A stretch of DNA of 5,633 bases from a virus (lineage: Duplodnaviria; Heunggongvirae; Uroviricota; Caudoviricetes). Shown here one piece after another: positions 5,415 to 5,633 of this stretch. Made by a program: the position numbers and the translations under genes. The notes beneath the pieces were generated by a model that did no database searches, was not told the origin of the DNA, and saw nothing but the letters and a program-made list of their open reading frames with translations. The stretch's first letter is position 1. The number at the start of each line of letters is the position of its first letter. The stretch is from IMG/VR virus record IMGVR_UViG_3300014846_000020. One strand, given 5' to 3'.

Positions 5415-5633
5415 ATGGCAACACCAAATCCCCTTGAGCCGGTAAAAGGTGCCGGCACCACTCTGTGGGTTTACAACGGCAAGGGTGATGCTTATGCAAA
5501 CCCGTTGTCAGACGATGACTGGCAGCGACTGGCTAAGGTGAAGGATCTGACGCCGGGCGAGATGACGGCAGAATCCTACGATGATAACTACCTGGATGAT
5601 GAAGACGCGGACTGGACCGCGACCGGGCAGGGG
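5415..5633 (+). CDS. V: Major tail protein V, N-terminal 73 codons (3'-truncated by window edge); lambda gpV homologue
   Basis: Not in the ORF track because no stop falls inside the window. ATG at 5415 with GAGGA at 5406-5410. Hand translation [73 protein letters not shown] matches the recalled lambda gpV N-terminus ([73 protein letters not shown]). Confidence 0.9.
   Translation, partial: MATPNPLEPVKGAGTTLWVYNGKGDAYANPLSDDDWQRLAKVKDLTPGEMTAESYDDNYLDDEDADWTATGQG

Noticed and set aside
1-5633. CRISPR arrays, tRNA/rRNA genes, IS elements, integrase or att sites, toxin-antitoxin or defence islands
   Set aside because: I found no direct repeats with spacers, no tRNA-like cloverleaf candidates and no terminal inverted repeats. 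All sizeable coding capacity is accounted for by lambda-like structural genes.

Overview
This window is a contiguous, same-strand (+) block of lambda-like siphovirus late structural genes in the canonical order: portal (B, 3' end) - head protease/scaffold (C, with nested Nu3-like frame) - decoration protein (D) - major capsid protein (E) - FI - FII - Z - U - major tail protein (V, 5' end). Every large + strand ORF aligns by eye to my recollection of the phage lambda homologue, so this is most likely a lambdoid phage or prophage from an enterobacterial host. Genes are tightly packed, with short gaps or overlapping start/stop codons and no room for inserted cargo genes. I do not see a defence system, toxin, CRISPR array, tRNA, IS element or other accessory module here; the honest reading is a conserved head and head-tail joining module. 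The features that deserve a second look are: (1) a C-terminal scaffold region of gpC that is longer than lambda's and carries three diverged tandem copies of a ~45-50 aa motif that lambda has once; (2) an uncertain internal in-frame start for the Nu3-like scaffold product, with two candidate sites; (3) a strong intrinsic-terminator-like hairpin plus T-tract directly after the major capsid gene; (4) a second hairpin in the D-E gap; (5) a T9 homopolymer inside the protease gene. All homology statements rest on recalled lambda protein sequences and gene order, not on a database search, and no identity percentages were computed.
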